In this document: one piece after another, positions 55,091 to 64,000 of the stretch
How the letters are laid out: every line of letters begins with the position of its first letter
Numbering within the stretch: the first letter of the stretch is position 1
Source: Polyangiales bacterium
Lineage (GTDB): Bacteria > Myxococcota_A > Polyangia > Polyangiales > Ga0077539
DNA length: 64,000 nt
Assembly (NCBI GenBank): GCA_041389885.1
Contig: JAWKRB010000006.1
Span: forward strand, 67,101-131,100
Direction of reading: 5' to 3'
Notes under the pieces: model-generated
Database searches by the model: none
What the model was told of the DNA's origin: nothing
Seen by the model: only the letters and a program-made list of their open reading frames with translations
Program-made: the position numbers and the translations under genes

Positions 55091-56356
55091 ATGGACATCC
55101 AGCCCGGAGCGGTGATCCTGGACCGGTACCGCGTCGAGGGCGTACTCGGCGCCGGCGGCATGGGCCAGGTGTTCCTCGCGCGCCATGTCCACCTGGGCAC
55201 AAAGGTCGCGCTGAAGCTCCTGCGCCACGACGAGGACCCCTTGGCCGAGGAGCGGTTTCACCGCGAGGCCGAGCTCATGGCCCGCGTGCGTCACGTGAAC
55301 GTGGTCTCGGTGCTCGATTTCGGCATGAGCCTCGACGGCGCGCCGTGCATCGCCATGGAGTACGTCGACGGGGTCTCCCTCGAGGACCACCTGATGCGCC
55401 GCTCGGCCATCGCCTGGGGTGAGGCCAGCGAGGCGCTGCAGGGCATCCTCGCGGGGCTCGAGGCGATGCACGCCGCGGGGATCATGCACCGGGACCTCAA
55501 GCCCTCGAACGTGATCCTGGTGGACGACGACCTGGAGCAGCCCAAGCTCATCGACTTCGGCATCGCGAAGCCCCTCGACCCCAGCGCGATTCGCGGTGAC
55601 CTCACCCGCGCGGGGATCCTCGTGGGCACGCCCGCCTACATGTCCCCCGAGCAGCTGGTGGGCGCGCGGGTCGACCAGCGCTCGGACCTCTACGCCGCGG
55701 CGCTGATCTGGTACGAGGCCGTCACCGGGCGGCTGCTCTACGACAGCGATGACTTCACCGAGCTGATGCGGCGCGTGCGCGAGCCCGCGCCGGTGCCGGT
55801 CGCGCCGAGCTCGCTCCCCGAGGTCCCCGACGCCGTGGCGGACGTGGTGCTGTCGGCCCTCGCCATCGACCCCGCGGACCGCCCGGCCGACGCGGCGACC
55901 TTCAGCGCCCAGCTCCGCGCCGCGGCGCGCGTCGGCCGGGGCTCTCGGCCTCCCTCGCGGGGGGAGCGGGACCGCCTGTCGATCCCCTCGCGGAGCACCC
56001 CCTCCGCGGCGCCGAGCGGCACGCGCGGGCGCTACCTCGTGGCGGCCGTTCTTCCGCCCACGCGCCTCGGGCTCGCGGAGGAGCGGCGTTGGCTCGCCTC
56101 GCAGCTCGGCGACCGCGCGCGGGGCTACACCCTGGGCGCGCAGGTGTGGGTCGCGCTCCAGGGCGCGGCGACGAGCGAGGACGAGGCGAGGCACACCGCC
56201 GAGTCGCTCTGCGCGGCGGTGATGGAGCGGTTCGGGCCGACCTCCGTGGCGTCCTGGGCCGTGGTCGAGTCTGACTTCGCGCTCACGGCGCCGCAGCTCA
56301 TCGGCGCGAAGCCGCTGCCGCCCGAGCTGAAGGGCCTGCTCGACGCGATGCTCTAG
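55091..56356 (+). CDS. Ser/Thr protein kinase (Hanks-type)
   Basis: The Gly loop is LGAGGMGQV, the VAIK-equivalent is VALKLL, the catalytic loop is HRDLKPSNVIL, then DFG (IDFGIA) and APE-like (PAYMSPEQ). The C-terminal ~150 aa is a non-kinase domain. Confidence 0.85.
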   Translation: MDIQPGAVILDRYRVEGVLGAGGMGQVFLARHVHLGTKVALKLLRHDEDPLAEERFHREAELMARVRHVNVVSVLDFGMSLDGAPCIAMEYVDGVSLEDHLMRRSAIAWGEASEALQGILAGLEAMHAAGIMHRDLKPSNVILVDDDLEQPKLIDFGIAKPLDPSAIRGDLTRAGILVGTPAYMSPEQLVGARVDQRSDLYAAALIWYEAVTGRLLYDSDDFTELMRRVREPAPVPVAPSSLPEVPDAVADVVLSALAIDPADRPADAATFSAQLRAAARVGRGSRPPSRGERDRLSIPSRSTPSAAPSGTRGRYLVAAVLPPTRLGLAEERRWLASQLGDRARGYTLGAQVWVALQGAATSEDEARHTAESLCAAVMERFGPTSVASWAVVESDFALTAPQLIGAKPLPPELKGLLDAML

Positions 56357-56440
56357 GGCCTCTCCACGTCCCCGTGGAGAGGCGATCGCGCGTTCGCGGA
56401 TGGGGCGGCCCGGCGGGTCACGCGCGGGCCGGCTCGGGGA

Positions 56441-57790
56441 TCACTCGAAGATGCCGCCGGGGACGCGGTCGCGGCCAGAGTTCACGCGGTCCTGCCAGGT
56501 GTCGACCCCGCGGTCGTTGGGGACCTCGACCATCGTGATGCAGCCCTCGACCGGGCAGACCAGCGCACAGAGGTTGCAGCCGACGCACTCGGGCTCGTCG
56601 ATCCAGGGCACCCGGTCGCCCGCGAGCGCGCCGATCACCTGAGGCACGGGCGCCTTCGCCATGCCTTCGGCGTGGGCGTGCGGGGGGCGCGGACGGTCGG
56701 CGGGGCCCGTGAAGATGCACTGATGCGCGCCGTCTTGACAGGCCGCGACGCACTTCTGACAGCCGATGCACAGGTCGGGGTTGATCGAGGCCACGACCTG
56801 GTAGTTCAGGTCGAGCTCGCCCCACTCCTTGTAGGCCGGCACCGCGCTGCCGCGGAATTGATCAAGGGTGAGGCCGCGCTCGTCGAGGAAGTTCGACAGC
56901 CCCTGGATCATGTCCTCGACGATGCGAAACCCGTGATGCATCACCGCGGTGCACACCTGGACGCTGGTCGAGCCGAGCGCGATGAACTCCGCGGCGTCGC
57001 GCCAGTTCGACACCCCGCCGATGCCCGAGATGGGGAGCCGCGACGTGCGCGGGTCGCGCGCCAGCTGCGCGATCATGTGCAGCGCGATGGGCTTCACCGC
57101 GGGGCCGCAGTACCCGCCGTTGGTCGAGCCGCCGCCCACGCGGGGCAGGGGAACTCCCCGCTCGAGGTCGACGCCCACGATCGACTTGATCGTGTTGATG
57201 AGCGACAGGCCGTCGCAATTGCCCTCCAGGGCGGCGTAGCCCGGCTCGAGGATGTCTCCGACGTTGGGCGTGAGCTTCACCAGCACGGGCGTGCGCGCGT
57301 ACTCCTTCACCCACGAGGTGATCTCGGTGAGCACCTTGGGCTCCTGACCCACGGCGCTGCCCATGCCGCGCTCGCACATGCCGTGCGGGCAGCCGAAATT
57401 CAGCTCCAGCCCGTCGCAGCCGGTGTCTTCGGAGCGCTTGATGATCTCGCGCCACTCGTCCTTCGTCTCGACCATCAGCGAGACGATCACCGCGTGGTGG
57501 GGGTAGCGCTTCTTGACCTCGGCGATCTCGCGGAGGTTCACCGCCAGCGGCCGGTCGGTGATGAGCTCGATGTTGTTGAAGCCCATCACCCGACGGCCCG
57601 CGAAGTCGACGCCGCCGAAGCGCGACGAGACGTTCACGATGGGGTTGCCCAGGGTCTTCCACACCGCGCCGCCCCACCCGGCGTCGAAGGCGCGCATGAC
57701 CTGATCGCCGGTGTTCGCCGGCGGCGCCGACGCGAGCCAGAAGGGGTTCGGGCTCTTGATGCCGCACATGTCAATCGAGAGGTCAGCCAT
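56441..57790 (-). CDS. preA: NAD-dependent dihydropyrimidine dehydrogenase subunit PreA (DHOD-like TIM barrel with two 4Fe-4S ferredoxin motifs)
   Basis: The FMN-barrel motifs are DGLELNFGCPHG and GIGGVSNWRDAAEFIALGSTSVQVCT. The C-terminal ferredoxin Cys clusters are CIGCQKCVAACQ and CVGCNLCALVCP. Confidence 0.8.
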   Translation of the reverse strand: MADLSIDMCGIKSPNPFWLASAPPANTGDQVMRAFDAGWGGAVWKTLGNPIVNVSSRFGGVDFAGRRVMGFNNIELITDRPLAVNLREIAEVKKRYPHHAVIVSLMVETKDEWREIIKRSEDTGCDGLELNFGCPHGMCERGMGSAVGQEPKVLTEITSWVKEYARTPVLVKLTPNVGDILEPGYAALEGNCDGLSLINTIKSIVGVDLERGVPLPRVGGGSTNGGYCGPAVKPIALHMIAQLARDPRTSRLPISGIGGVSNWRDAAEFIALGSTSVQVCTAVMHHGFRIVEDMIQGLSNFLDERGLTLDQFRGSAVPAYKEWGELDLNYQVVASINPDLCIGCQKCVAACQDGAHQCIFTGPADRPRPPHAHAEGMAKAPVPQVIGALAGDRVPWIDEPECVGCNLCALVCPVEGCITMVEVPNDRGVDTWQDRVNSGRDRVPGGIFE

Positions 57791-57802
57791 CGCTCTGCTC
57801 CT

Positions 57803-59122
57803 TCACGCCCCCGCGGGCCACGCGCGCAGCATCGCCCGGGCGGCCTCGCGCCCGTCGGCGACCGCGTTGACGACCTCTTTGCCGCCGTTGATACAGTCTC
57901 CGCCCGCGTACACCCGCGGGTTCCCGGTGCGGCGGGAGTCGGCCTCGACCGAGACGCACCCCCTCGCGTCGAGGCTTACGCCCTCGAAGGCCGCCGCGAG
58001 CGCGCGGAGCTTCTGCTGCCCGATGGCCAGCACGATGAGGTCCGCCGGGAGCACCTCGACCCCGCCCTCACGGCGCTGCACCCGCAGGCCCTCGACGCGC
58101 CCGTCTCCGCCGCGGACCACCGCCGTCGGCGTGCACCCGGTCTGGAGCGTCACCCCGTCCCGCCGCGCGAGGTCCATCTCGTGCGCGTAGCCCGACATGT
58201 CGGCGGCGCCGCGGCGGTAGACCATCGCGACCTCGGGCACCCCGAGCTGCGCCAGCTCGCGCGCCACGTCGATCGCCGTGTTGCCGCCGCCCACGATCAG
58301 CGCGCGGCGCGCGTCGGGGAGCTTGAACCCGGGGGTGTTCTTGATCTCTTCGATCAGCGCCGTGGCGCCCCACACGCCGGGTCCGTCTTCGCCCTCGATC
58401 GCCAGCTTCGAGTCGACGCCCAGACCGAGCCCGAGGAACACCGCGTCGTAGTCCTTCAGCAGCGACTCGGGGGTCACGTCGACGCCCACCTCGACCCCGC
58501 ACCGGACCTCGACGCCCAGCGAGCGCACGTACTCGACCTCGCGGAGGGAGTCTTCGGTGTGGATCTTGTACGGCGCGACCCCGGTGGTGTTCAGCCCGCC
58601 GGGGAGCGCGCGCTTCTCGAAGATCACGGCGCGATGCCCCTCGAGCGCGAGGTACGCGGCGCAGGCCAGCGACGCGGGCCCCGCGCCCAGCAGCGCCACG
58701 CTCCGGCGCGTGCCGCTCGGGGCTCGCGGGCGCATCACCCGCGCGCCGCCCGCGGCCTCGGCGTCGAGCGACGACTCCGTCGCGAACCGCTGCAGCCTGC
58801 CGATCTGAATCGGCGGCTTGTGCCACGGGTTGTACACGCACGAGCCCACGCAGAGCACCTCGACCGGACAGACCCGCGCGCAGGAGTAGCCGAGGATGTT
58901 CTGCTGAAAGATGGTGCGCGCCGCGCCCAGGGTGTCGCCCGACGCGATCTGTCGAATGAAGCCGGGCACGTCGATCTCGGTCGGGCACGCCTCGACGCAG
59001 GGGGCGTCGGCGCAGAAGAGGCAGCGCTCCGCCTCGGCGCGCGCCTCGCCGGGGCCATAGAGCGGCTTCGCCTCTGCCAGCCGCGACTCAAGTCGCTCGG
59101 GCGGTGCCTCGATCATCGACAT
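57803..59122 (-). CDS. preT: Dihydropyrimidine dehydrogenase subunit PreT (GltD-like NAD(P)H oxidoreductase)
   Basis: N-terminal Fe-S Cys clusters are CLFCADAPCVEACP. Two Rossmann GxGxxG/A motifs are VALLGAGPASLACAAYL and ALIVGGGNTAIDVA. It lies upstream of preA on the same strand. Confidence 0.8.
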   Translation of the reverse strand: MSMIEAPPERLESRLAEAKPLYGPGEARAEAERCLFCADAPCVEACPTEIDVPGFIRQIASGDTLGAARTIFQQNILGYSCARVCPVEVLCVGSCVYNPWHKPPIQIGRLQRFATESSLDAEAAGGARVMRPRAPSGTRRSVALLGAGPASLACAAYLALEGHRAVIFEKRALPGGLNTTGVAPYKIHTEDSLREVEYVRSLGVEVRCGVEVGVDVTPESLLKDYDAVFLGLGLGVDSKLAIEGEDGPGVWGATALIEEIKNTPGFKLPDARRALIVGGGNTAIDVARELAQLGVPEVAMVYRRGAADMSGYAHEMDLARRDGVTLQTGCTPTAVVRGGDGRVEGLRVQRREGGVEVLPADLIVLAIGQQKLRALAAAFEGVSLDARGCVSVEADSRRTGNPRVYAGGDCINGGKEVVNAVADGREAARAMLRAWPAGA

Positions 59123-59299
59123 CGAAAATCTCCCTCGGCGGACGCGAGACGCGCCGCGCATCCATGTGGTCATCGCCCACGGTCGAAGCCCGCGAGCCTA
59201 CAAGAATTGCCCCGCGGCCCGTCAAGCGCCGTCGTTCATGACCGAAATCGCAGGTCGCGGGCGAAGGCGCGAGGTGGCTGGTACAAACCCGCGCCCGCA

Positions 59300-62200
59300 A
59301 TGAACCACACCGAGATCCTTGCCTTCGCGGCCTTCGTCGCGCTGACCTCTTGCACCCCCGTGTCTCCGCTGCGCGCCGACGCCTTCGACGCGGGCGACGC
59401 CGCCCCCGCGGCGGCCGACGCGCCCGCCCCCGAAGACCGCGCCAACGACCCCGACATCGCGGCGCCCCCTGGAGACGCCGTGACTGCAGGGGACGCAGCC
59501 GCCCCCGACGCGAGCGCGCCCTGCACCGCCGACGAAGAGTGCACCCCCGGCCTCCGCTGCCTGGGACGCCGATGCGTCGCCCCCATCGAGTGCGCCTCGT
59601 CGAGGATGTGCCCCGGTCAGCTGTGCAGCGCCACCCTCGGCCTCTGCGTCGACTGCGACCGCGACGACGACTGCGGCCAGGGGCGGGTATGTCGCCGCAA
59701 CGGCTGCGAGCCGAGCCCTCGCGCCTGCCGGTCCAGCCGCGAGTGCGCGGACCTCAACCTCGTGTGCAACCAGACCCTCATGCAGTGCGTCGACTGCGCG
59801 GGCGACAACGACTGCGCCGCCGGGCAGTTCTGCGCCGCCGACTTCTACTGCTCCCGCCAGCGCTGCGCGCCCGGCGCGACGAGCTGCGCCGACGCGTCCA
59901 CCCAGCGCACCTGCGACTCGCGCGGGGCCGAGGAGGTCGCCGCGCGCTGCGCGGGCGGCCAGACCTGCCGCGAGGGTCGGTGCCAGCCCGTGGCGTGCGC
60001 GCCGGGCTCCACGCGCTGCGCGGGCGACGGGGCGCTCGAGACCTGCGAGGCCGACGGCGGCGGCTGGAGCGCCGCGCCCTGCGGCCCCCGACAGAGCTGC
60101 GCCGCGGGCGCCTGCGCCGCGTGGACGTGCAGTCCTGGAGACTCGACGTGCTCGGGCGCGCAGACGGTCGCGGTGTGCAACGCCGACGGGCTCACCTCGC
60201 GCACCGAGCGCTGCGGCTCGAACGAGTCGTGCCGCGGAGGGCGCTGCGTGACCCGCGCCTGCGCGCCCGGGAGCGCGACCTGCGCGTCGCCGACCGCGAG
60301 GCGCGTCTGCGACCCCGACGGCCTGGGCACGACCGACGCGCCCTGCGGGAGCGCCGAGCGCTGCGAGGGCGGCGCGTGTCGCCCGCTGGTGTGCGCGCCG
60401 GGCTCGTCGCGCTGCCGAGACGCGAGCAGCGTCGCGATCTGCTCCGACGACGGCCTGCGCGAGTCAGCGCAGCCCTGCGCCGCGGGGCAGAGCTGCGCCG
60501 ACGGCCGATGCGCGATGTGGCTGTGCGTGCCAGGCTCGGCCACCTGCGGCGGCGCCGAAGGGACGCGGAGCGTGTGCGACCCCGACGGGCTCGGCTCGAC
60601 CCCCGTCGCCTGCCCCGTCCCCGCGAACGCGAGGGCGGCGGGGTGCGCGGCGGGGGCCTGCACCTTCACCTGCCGCGACGGCTTCGGCGACTGCGACGGC
60701 GGCGCGCCCAACGGCTGCGAGACCAGCACGCGATCGAGCCCGCTGCACTGCGGCGCGTGCGGCCGCGCCTGCGTCGGCGGGCAGGTCTGCGTCGACGGCG
60801 CGTGCGTCGCAACTCCTTGCGGCGCAGGCACTCAGCGCTGTGGAGACGCCTGCCGAAGCGGCGTGGGCGCGTGCCAGGCCGGGCTCGGCGCCTGCGGCCG
60901 CGCAGGCTCCTGGGCCTGCGGCGACCTCGGCGCCCTCGCCGTCGGCGCGGGGGCGGGCGACCACAGCTGCGCGTTGATGCGCGACCGGTCGATCCGATGC
61001 TGGGGCGCCAACGGCTCAGGGCAGCTCGGGGACAACACCACCACCGACCGCCCGACGCCCGTGAGCGTCGCGGGGCTCTCGGACGCGTCGCAGGTGGGGT
61101 CGGGCCGGGCGTTCACCTGCGCCCGCCGCGGGGGCGGCGCGGTGTCTTGCTGGGGCGCGAACAGCTACGGCCAGCTCGGCAACGGCAGCACCACCGCGTC
61201 GCGCGCGCCCGTGGGCGTCTCGGGCCTGGGCGACGCGACCGAGCTCGCGGTCGGCGCGGAGTTCGCCTGCGCGCGCCTGTCGTCGGGCTTCGCGCGTTGC
61301 TGGGGGCGCTCCAACCGAGGGCAGACCGGCACGGGGATGACCGCGTCGCTCTCGACGCCGACCTCGGTTCAAGCGAGCGGAGGGGGCGCCCTCGCGGGGG
61401 TGATCGACCTCGACGTCGGAGACGCCCACGCCTGCGCGGCGCTGCGCGACGGCCGGGTGTACTGCTGGGGAGAGAACATGACCTGGCAGACGGGATCGAA
61501 CGAGGTGACGTACCGCACGCTCGCCCGCGAGGTCGTCGGCGTCGCGGGGGCCGTCGAGGTCGCCGCGGGGCTGACCGCGTCGTGCGCCCGACTCGGGGAC
61601 GGCACGGTGCGCTGCTGGGGAGGCAACGCGCACGGGCAGCTCGGCAACGGCGGGACCACCGCGAGCCCGAGCCCGGTCGTCGTGGCGGGGCTCAGCGGCG
61701 TCGCGCAGCTGGCCGCGGCGGGCGACACCTTCTGCGCGCGCCTGCGCGACCGCACGGTGCGCTGCTGGGGCGACGGTCGCCGGAGCCAGATCGGCAACGG
61801 GATCACCGGCTCGGTCGCGGCGCCCACCGAGGTGCGCTCGCTGGCGGGCGTCGAGCAGCTCGGGGGCGGTCGCGAGCACGTCTGCGCGGCGCTGGCCGAC
61901 AGCGGCGTTCGCTGCTGGGGTCGCGGCGGCGAGGGGCAGCTCGGCACCGGGCTCACCCGCGAGGCCTCGGCGCCGCAGGTCGTGACCGGGCTCTCGACCA
62001 CGGGGACGTACTGCGACGCGGCGCTCGGCGCGCCCGGCGTCGAGACGTGCAACGGCGTCGACGACGACTGCAACGGGGTCGTCGACGACGCGGCGATGTC
62101 GTGCTCGCGCACGAACCTCGCGCGGGGGCGGAGCACGTCGCAGTCGACGACCTACAACTCATGCTTCCCCGCCTCGGTGATCACCGACGGGGTGACCAAC

Positions 62201-62527
62201 GGGGCCTACACGGGCGGGCGGTGCCCGAGCAACATCGCCTACACCAACCTGGGCACGAACCAGTGGATGCAGGTGGACCTCGGCTCCGTGCGGACCGTCG
62301 ACCGGGTGGTGATCTACGGTCGCTCCGACTGCTGCCCCGAGGTGTCGTCTCCGCTCTCGGTGCGCGTCTCTCAAGACGGGCGCAACTTCACCGAGGTCGC
62401 GTCGGGCCTCGCCGCGCGCACGGGGGTCACCGCGAACTTCGCGCCCGTCATGGCGAGGTATGTTCGCGTGGTGCGCGTAGGCTCGGCCTACCTCTCCCTC
62501 GCGGAGCTCGAGGTGTACGGAAACTAA
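59300..62527 (+). CDS. Giant lipoprotein: ~9 Cys-rich ~40-aa repeats, 7 RCC1 repeats, a MopE-type motif, and a C-terminal F5/8 type C (discoidin) domain
   Basis: MNHTEILAFAAFVALTSCT is a lipobox. The Cys repeats follow CxPGxxxCx7-10CxxxGx6-8CxxGxC. RCC1 repeats such as CWGANGSGQLGDN and CWGANSYGQLGNG occur seven times. CNGVDDDCNGVVDD is a MopE-type motif. The C-terminus has QWMQVDLG…VVIYGRSDCC…AELEVYGN. Confidence 0.75.
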   Translation: MNHTEILAFAAFVALTSCTPVSPLRADAFDAGDAAPAAADAPAPEDRANDPDIAAPPGDAVTAGDAAAPDASAPCTADEECTPGLRCLGRRCVAPIECASSRMCPGQLCSATLGLCVDCDRDDDCGQGRVCRRNGCEPSPRACRSSRECADLNLVCNQTLMQCVDCAGDNDCAAGQFCAADFYCSRQRCAPGATSCADASTQRTCDSRGAEEVAARCAGGQTCREGRCQPVACAPGSTRCAGDGALETCEADGGGWSAAPCGPRQSCAAGACAAWTCSPGDSTCSGAQTVAVCNADGLTSRTERCGSNESCRGGRCVTRACAPGSATCASPTARRVCDPDGLGTTDAPCGSAERCEGGACRPLVCAPGSSRCRDASSVAICSDDGLRESAQPCAAGQSCADGRCAMWLCVPGSATCGGAEGTRSVCDPDGLGSTPVACPVPANARAAGCAAGACTFTCRDGFGDCDGGAPNGCETSTRSSPLHCGACGRACVGGQVCVDGACVATPCGAGTQRCGDACRSGVGACQAGLGACGRAGSWACGDLGALAVGAGAGDHSCALMRDRSIRCWGANGSGQLGDNTTTDRPTPVSVAGLSDASQVGSGRAFTCARRGGGAVSCWGANSYGQLGNGSTTASRAPVGVSGLGDATELAVGAEFACARLSSGFARCWGRSNRGQTGTGMTASLSTPTSVQASGGGALAGVIDLDVGDAHACAALRDGRVYCWGENMTWQTGSNEVTYRTLAREVVGVAGAVEVAAGLTASCARLGDGTVRCWGGNAHGQLGNGGTTASPSPVVVAGLSGVAQLAAAGDTFCARLRDRTVRCWGDGRRSQIGNGITGSVAAPTEVRSLAGVEQLGGGREHVCAALADSGVRCWGRGGEGQLGTGLTREASAPQVVTGLSTTGTYCDAALGAPGVETCNGVDDDCNGVVDDAAMSCSRTNLARGRSTSQSTTYNSCFPASVITDGVTNGAYTGGRCPSNIAYTNLGTNQWMQVDLGSVRTVDRVVIYGRSDCCPEVSSPLSVRVSQDGRNFTEVASGLAARTGVTANFAPVMARYVRVVRVGSAYLSLAELEVYGN

Positions 62528-62598
62528 GACTCGCGTCGTCGCGCGGTCGCGTGAGGACGGCGTCGGAGCGTCGACCCGCGGGTCGGCGGAGGTGAGCG

Positions 62599-64000
62599 AT
62601 GAAACCCAACAAGGCCTTGTTTCTCGGCGGAGCGCTGTCGGTGCTGAGCGCGTGCGGCGCGCGGGTCATCGTCGTCGACGGCGTCGCCGACGCCGCCGCG
62701 GCGCCCGACGTCGGGGCTGACGTCGCGAGCGTCGTCGACGCGCCGGCGACCGCGCCGGACATCGCTCGTCCGCCCGCCGACGCGCCGAGCACGCCGCCTG
62801 ACGCGCCCGTCGTCGAAGACGTCCTCGGGCCCGGGTCGACCTGCGACCTCGCCGCCCCGCTCCCTCTCGGAGCGCCGACCCCCCTGGTGGTGCGAGGCGG
62901 CCGCGAGACGCTCCTGGCGTGCAACGGCGTCCCACCCGTTCAGCCGACCTACTACGCGGTGACCGTGCCCGCGGGACAGACGCTGCGCGTGCGCGCGAAC
63001 CGCGCGGCGGGAGCGGCGCCGGTGCTCCCGCAGATCATCCAGAGCTGCCGCGTGCGCGCGTGCCTCGGCGAGCCGATGGCCGAGGCGGGCGGCGCGAGCA
63101 GCTTCGTCTCCGCCTGGACGAACCGCGCGGGGGTCCCTCAGTCCGTGGTCGTGGCCTTCGGCGCGACCGAGCCGGGCGACACGCCCTTTCTGCTCTTCGC
63201 GCAGCTCGAGGGCGGCGCGCCGTCGGTGAACGACGTCTGCGCCCGCGCGGAGCCGGTGGCCTCGGGGCAGGTGGTGACGGCGTCGACGGCGGGCGCGACG
63301 ACCCCCGTCCCCGCCTGTCCGGGCAGCGGGCTGCAGGGCGGCGCGGCGAGGTGGTATCGCGCGACCGTCCCGCCGGGCGCGACGCTCGACGCCGAGCCCT
63401 TGAGCGGCGCCGCGACGCTCCTGCGCGCGTACTCCGACTGCGGCGCGGTGCCAGCCTGCCTCGCGGTGAACCTCGGCGCGCAGGGCCCGACGCTGCGCTG
63501 GACGAACCCGTCCGGCGCGACGCAGTCGGTGGTGCTCGCGGTGTCGCTCGCGGTTCCCGGCGCCGCGGGCGAGGCCAGCATCCGCGTGCGAGTCCTCGCG
63601 CCGGTGAGCAACGGGCTCTGCGCGAGCGCGGCTCGGCTCACGCCGGACGTCCCCGCGAGCGGGGTGCTCGAGCCCGGCGGCGAGGCGCCCGCGGCCTGCG
63701 CCGGCGAGGGCGCCGCGCAGCCTGCGCTCTTCTACCGCGTCCGCGTGCCCGCCGGGCGAGGGCTGTCGGCGACCTACGCCGCGGTGGGGCATCCGTCGCC
63801 TCGTCGCCGTGCGCGTGGCGAGCGCGTGTGCGGCGGCGCCTGCGCCGCGTCGAGCAGCGCGAGCCTCGACGGCACGCGCGTCGTCACGCGCTGGACCAAC
63901 ATGACGGGAGCCGAGGTCGACGCCGTGGTCTCCGTCGCGCCGCTCACGAGCGCGGGCGCGTCGCAGGACTTCACCCTCACCGCGACCCTCTCGACGCCGC
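62599..64000 (+). CDS. Lipoprotein with internal ~100-aa repeats, 3'-truncated at the window edge
   Basis: The ATG at 62599 is preceded by GGAGG. MKPNKALFLGGALSVLSACG is a lipobox. The frame is open to the window end. Repeat units contain YxAVTVPAGQTLRV, WYRATVPPGATL and FYRVRVPAGRGL. Confidence 0.5.
   Translation, partial: MKPNKALFLGGALSVLSACGARVIVVDGVADAAAAPDVGADVASVVDAPATAPDIARPPADAPSTPPDAPVVEDVLGPGSTCDLAAPLPLGAPTPLVVRGGRETLLACNGVPPVQPTYYAVTVPAGQTLRVRANRAAGAAPVLPQIIQSCRVRACLGEPMAEAGGASSFVSAWTNRAGVPQSVVVAFGATEPGDTPFLLFAQLEGGAPSVNDVCARAEPVASGQVVTASTAGATTPVPACPGSGLQGGAARWYRATVPPGATLDAEPLSGAATLLRAYSDCGAVPACLAVNLGAQGPTLRWTNPSGATQSVVLAVSLAVPGAAGEASIRVRVLAPVSNGLCASAARLTPDVPASGVLEPGGEAPAACAGEGAAQPALFYRVRVPAGRGLSATYAAVGHPSPRRRARGERVCGGACAASSSASLDGTRVVTRWTNMTGAEVDAVVSVAPLTSAGASQDFTLTATLSTP

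Noticed and set aside
59350-62595. 1081-aa + strand ORF overlapping the RCC1 lipoprotein gene in another frame
   Set aside because: It lies on the same strand but an alternative frame. Its translation is poly-Arg/Pro (RRRLRRGRRRPRGGRR…), while the called frame has clean domain motifs.
1-64000. A search by eye for tRNA/rRNA genes, CRISPR arrays, IS elements, integrases and long direct repeats
   Set aside because: I found no spaced direct-repeat arrays, no transposase or integrase-like ORFs, and no regions with the conserved tRNA stem pattern. Intergenic spaces are short and GC-rich. tRNAscan and Infernal would be needed to exclude small RNAs.

Overview
This is a ~72% GC, densely coding stretch that looks like a Myxococcales chromosome. 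The evidence is a MYXO-CTERM sorting tail, a complete gspC–N type II secretion cluster, GGDEF proteins, a Ser/Thr kinase and many lipoproteins with Cys-rich repeats. I found no rRNA, tRNA, CRISPR array or obvious transposon by eye. About 53 genes can be supported. The content is: (i) a metal-homeostasis island with a Fur/Zur-family regulator, a ZIP-like/DUF318(ArsP-family) fusion permease, a duplicated His-rich protein, an ArsR/SmtB regulator and two CDF exporters; (ii) a TonB-dependent receptor with two lipoproteins; (iii) two M1-family metallopeptidases; (iv) a translationally coupled four-gene operon of a P-loop GTPase, a small helical protein, a 941-aa non-canonical Hsp70/actin-fold ATPase and a small protein, which is the main candidate for an undescribed system; (v) a clear bacterial homologue of the eukaryotic major vault protein (MVP), followed by a small membrane protein; (vi) a single-HKD phospholipase D-like gene; (vii) a full T2SS cluster with an unusually long GspI and an extra leaderless GspG-like gene; (viii) an M23 peptidase with a MopE-motif lipoprotein, a hypothetical-gene/Ser-Thr-kinase operon, preT/preA, and a giant Cys-repeat/RCC1/discoidin lipoprotein. 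Two genes show apparent frameshifts. Several AT-containing palindromes and repeats in this GC-rich background are candidate operators. The many long ORFs rich in Arg/Pro/Ala on the opposite strand or in other frames are high-GC artefacts and are not called.
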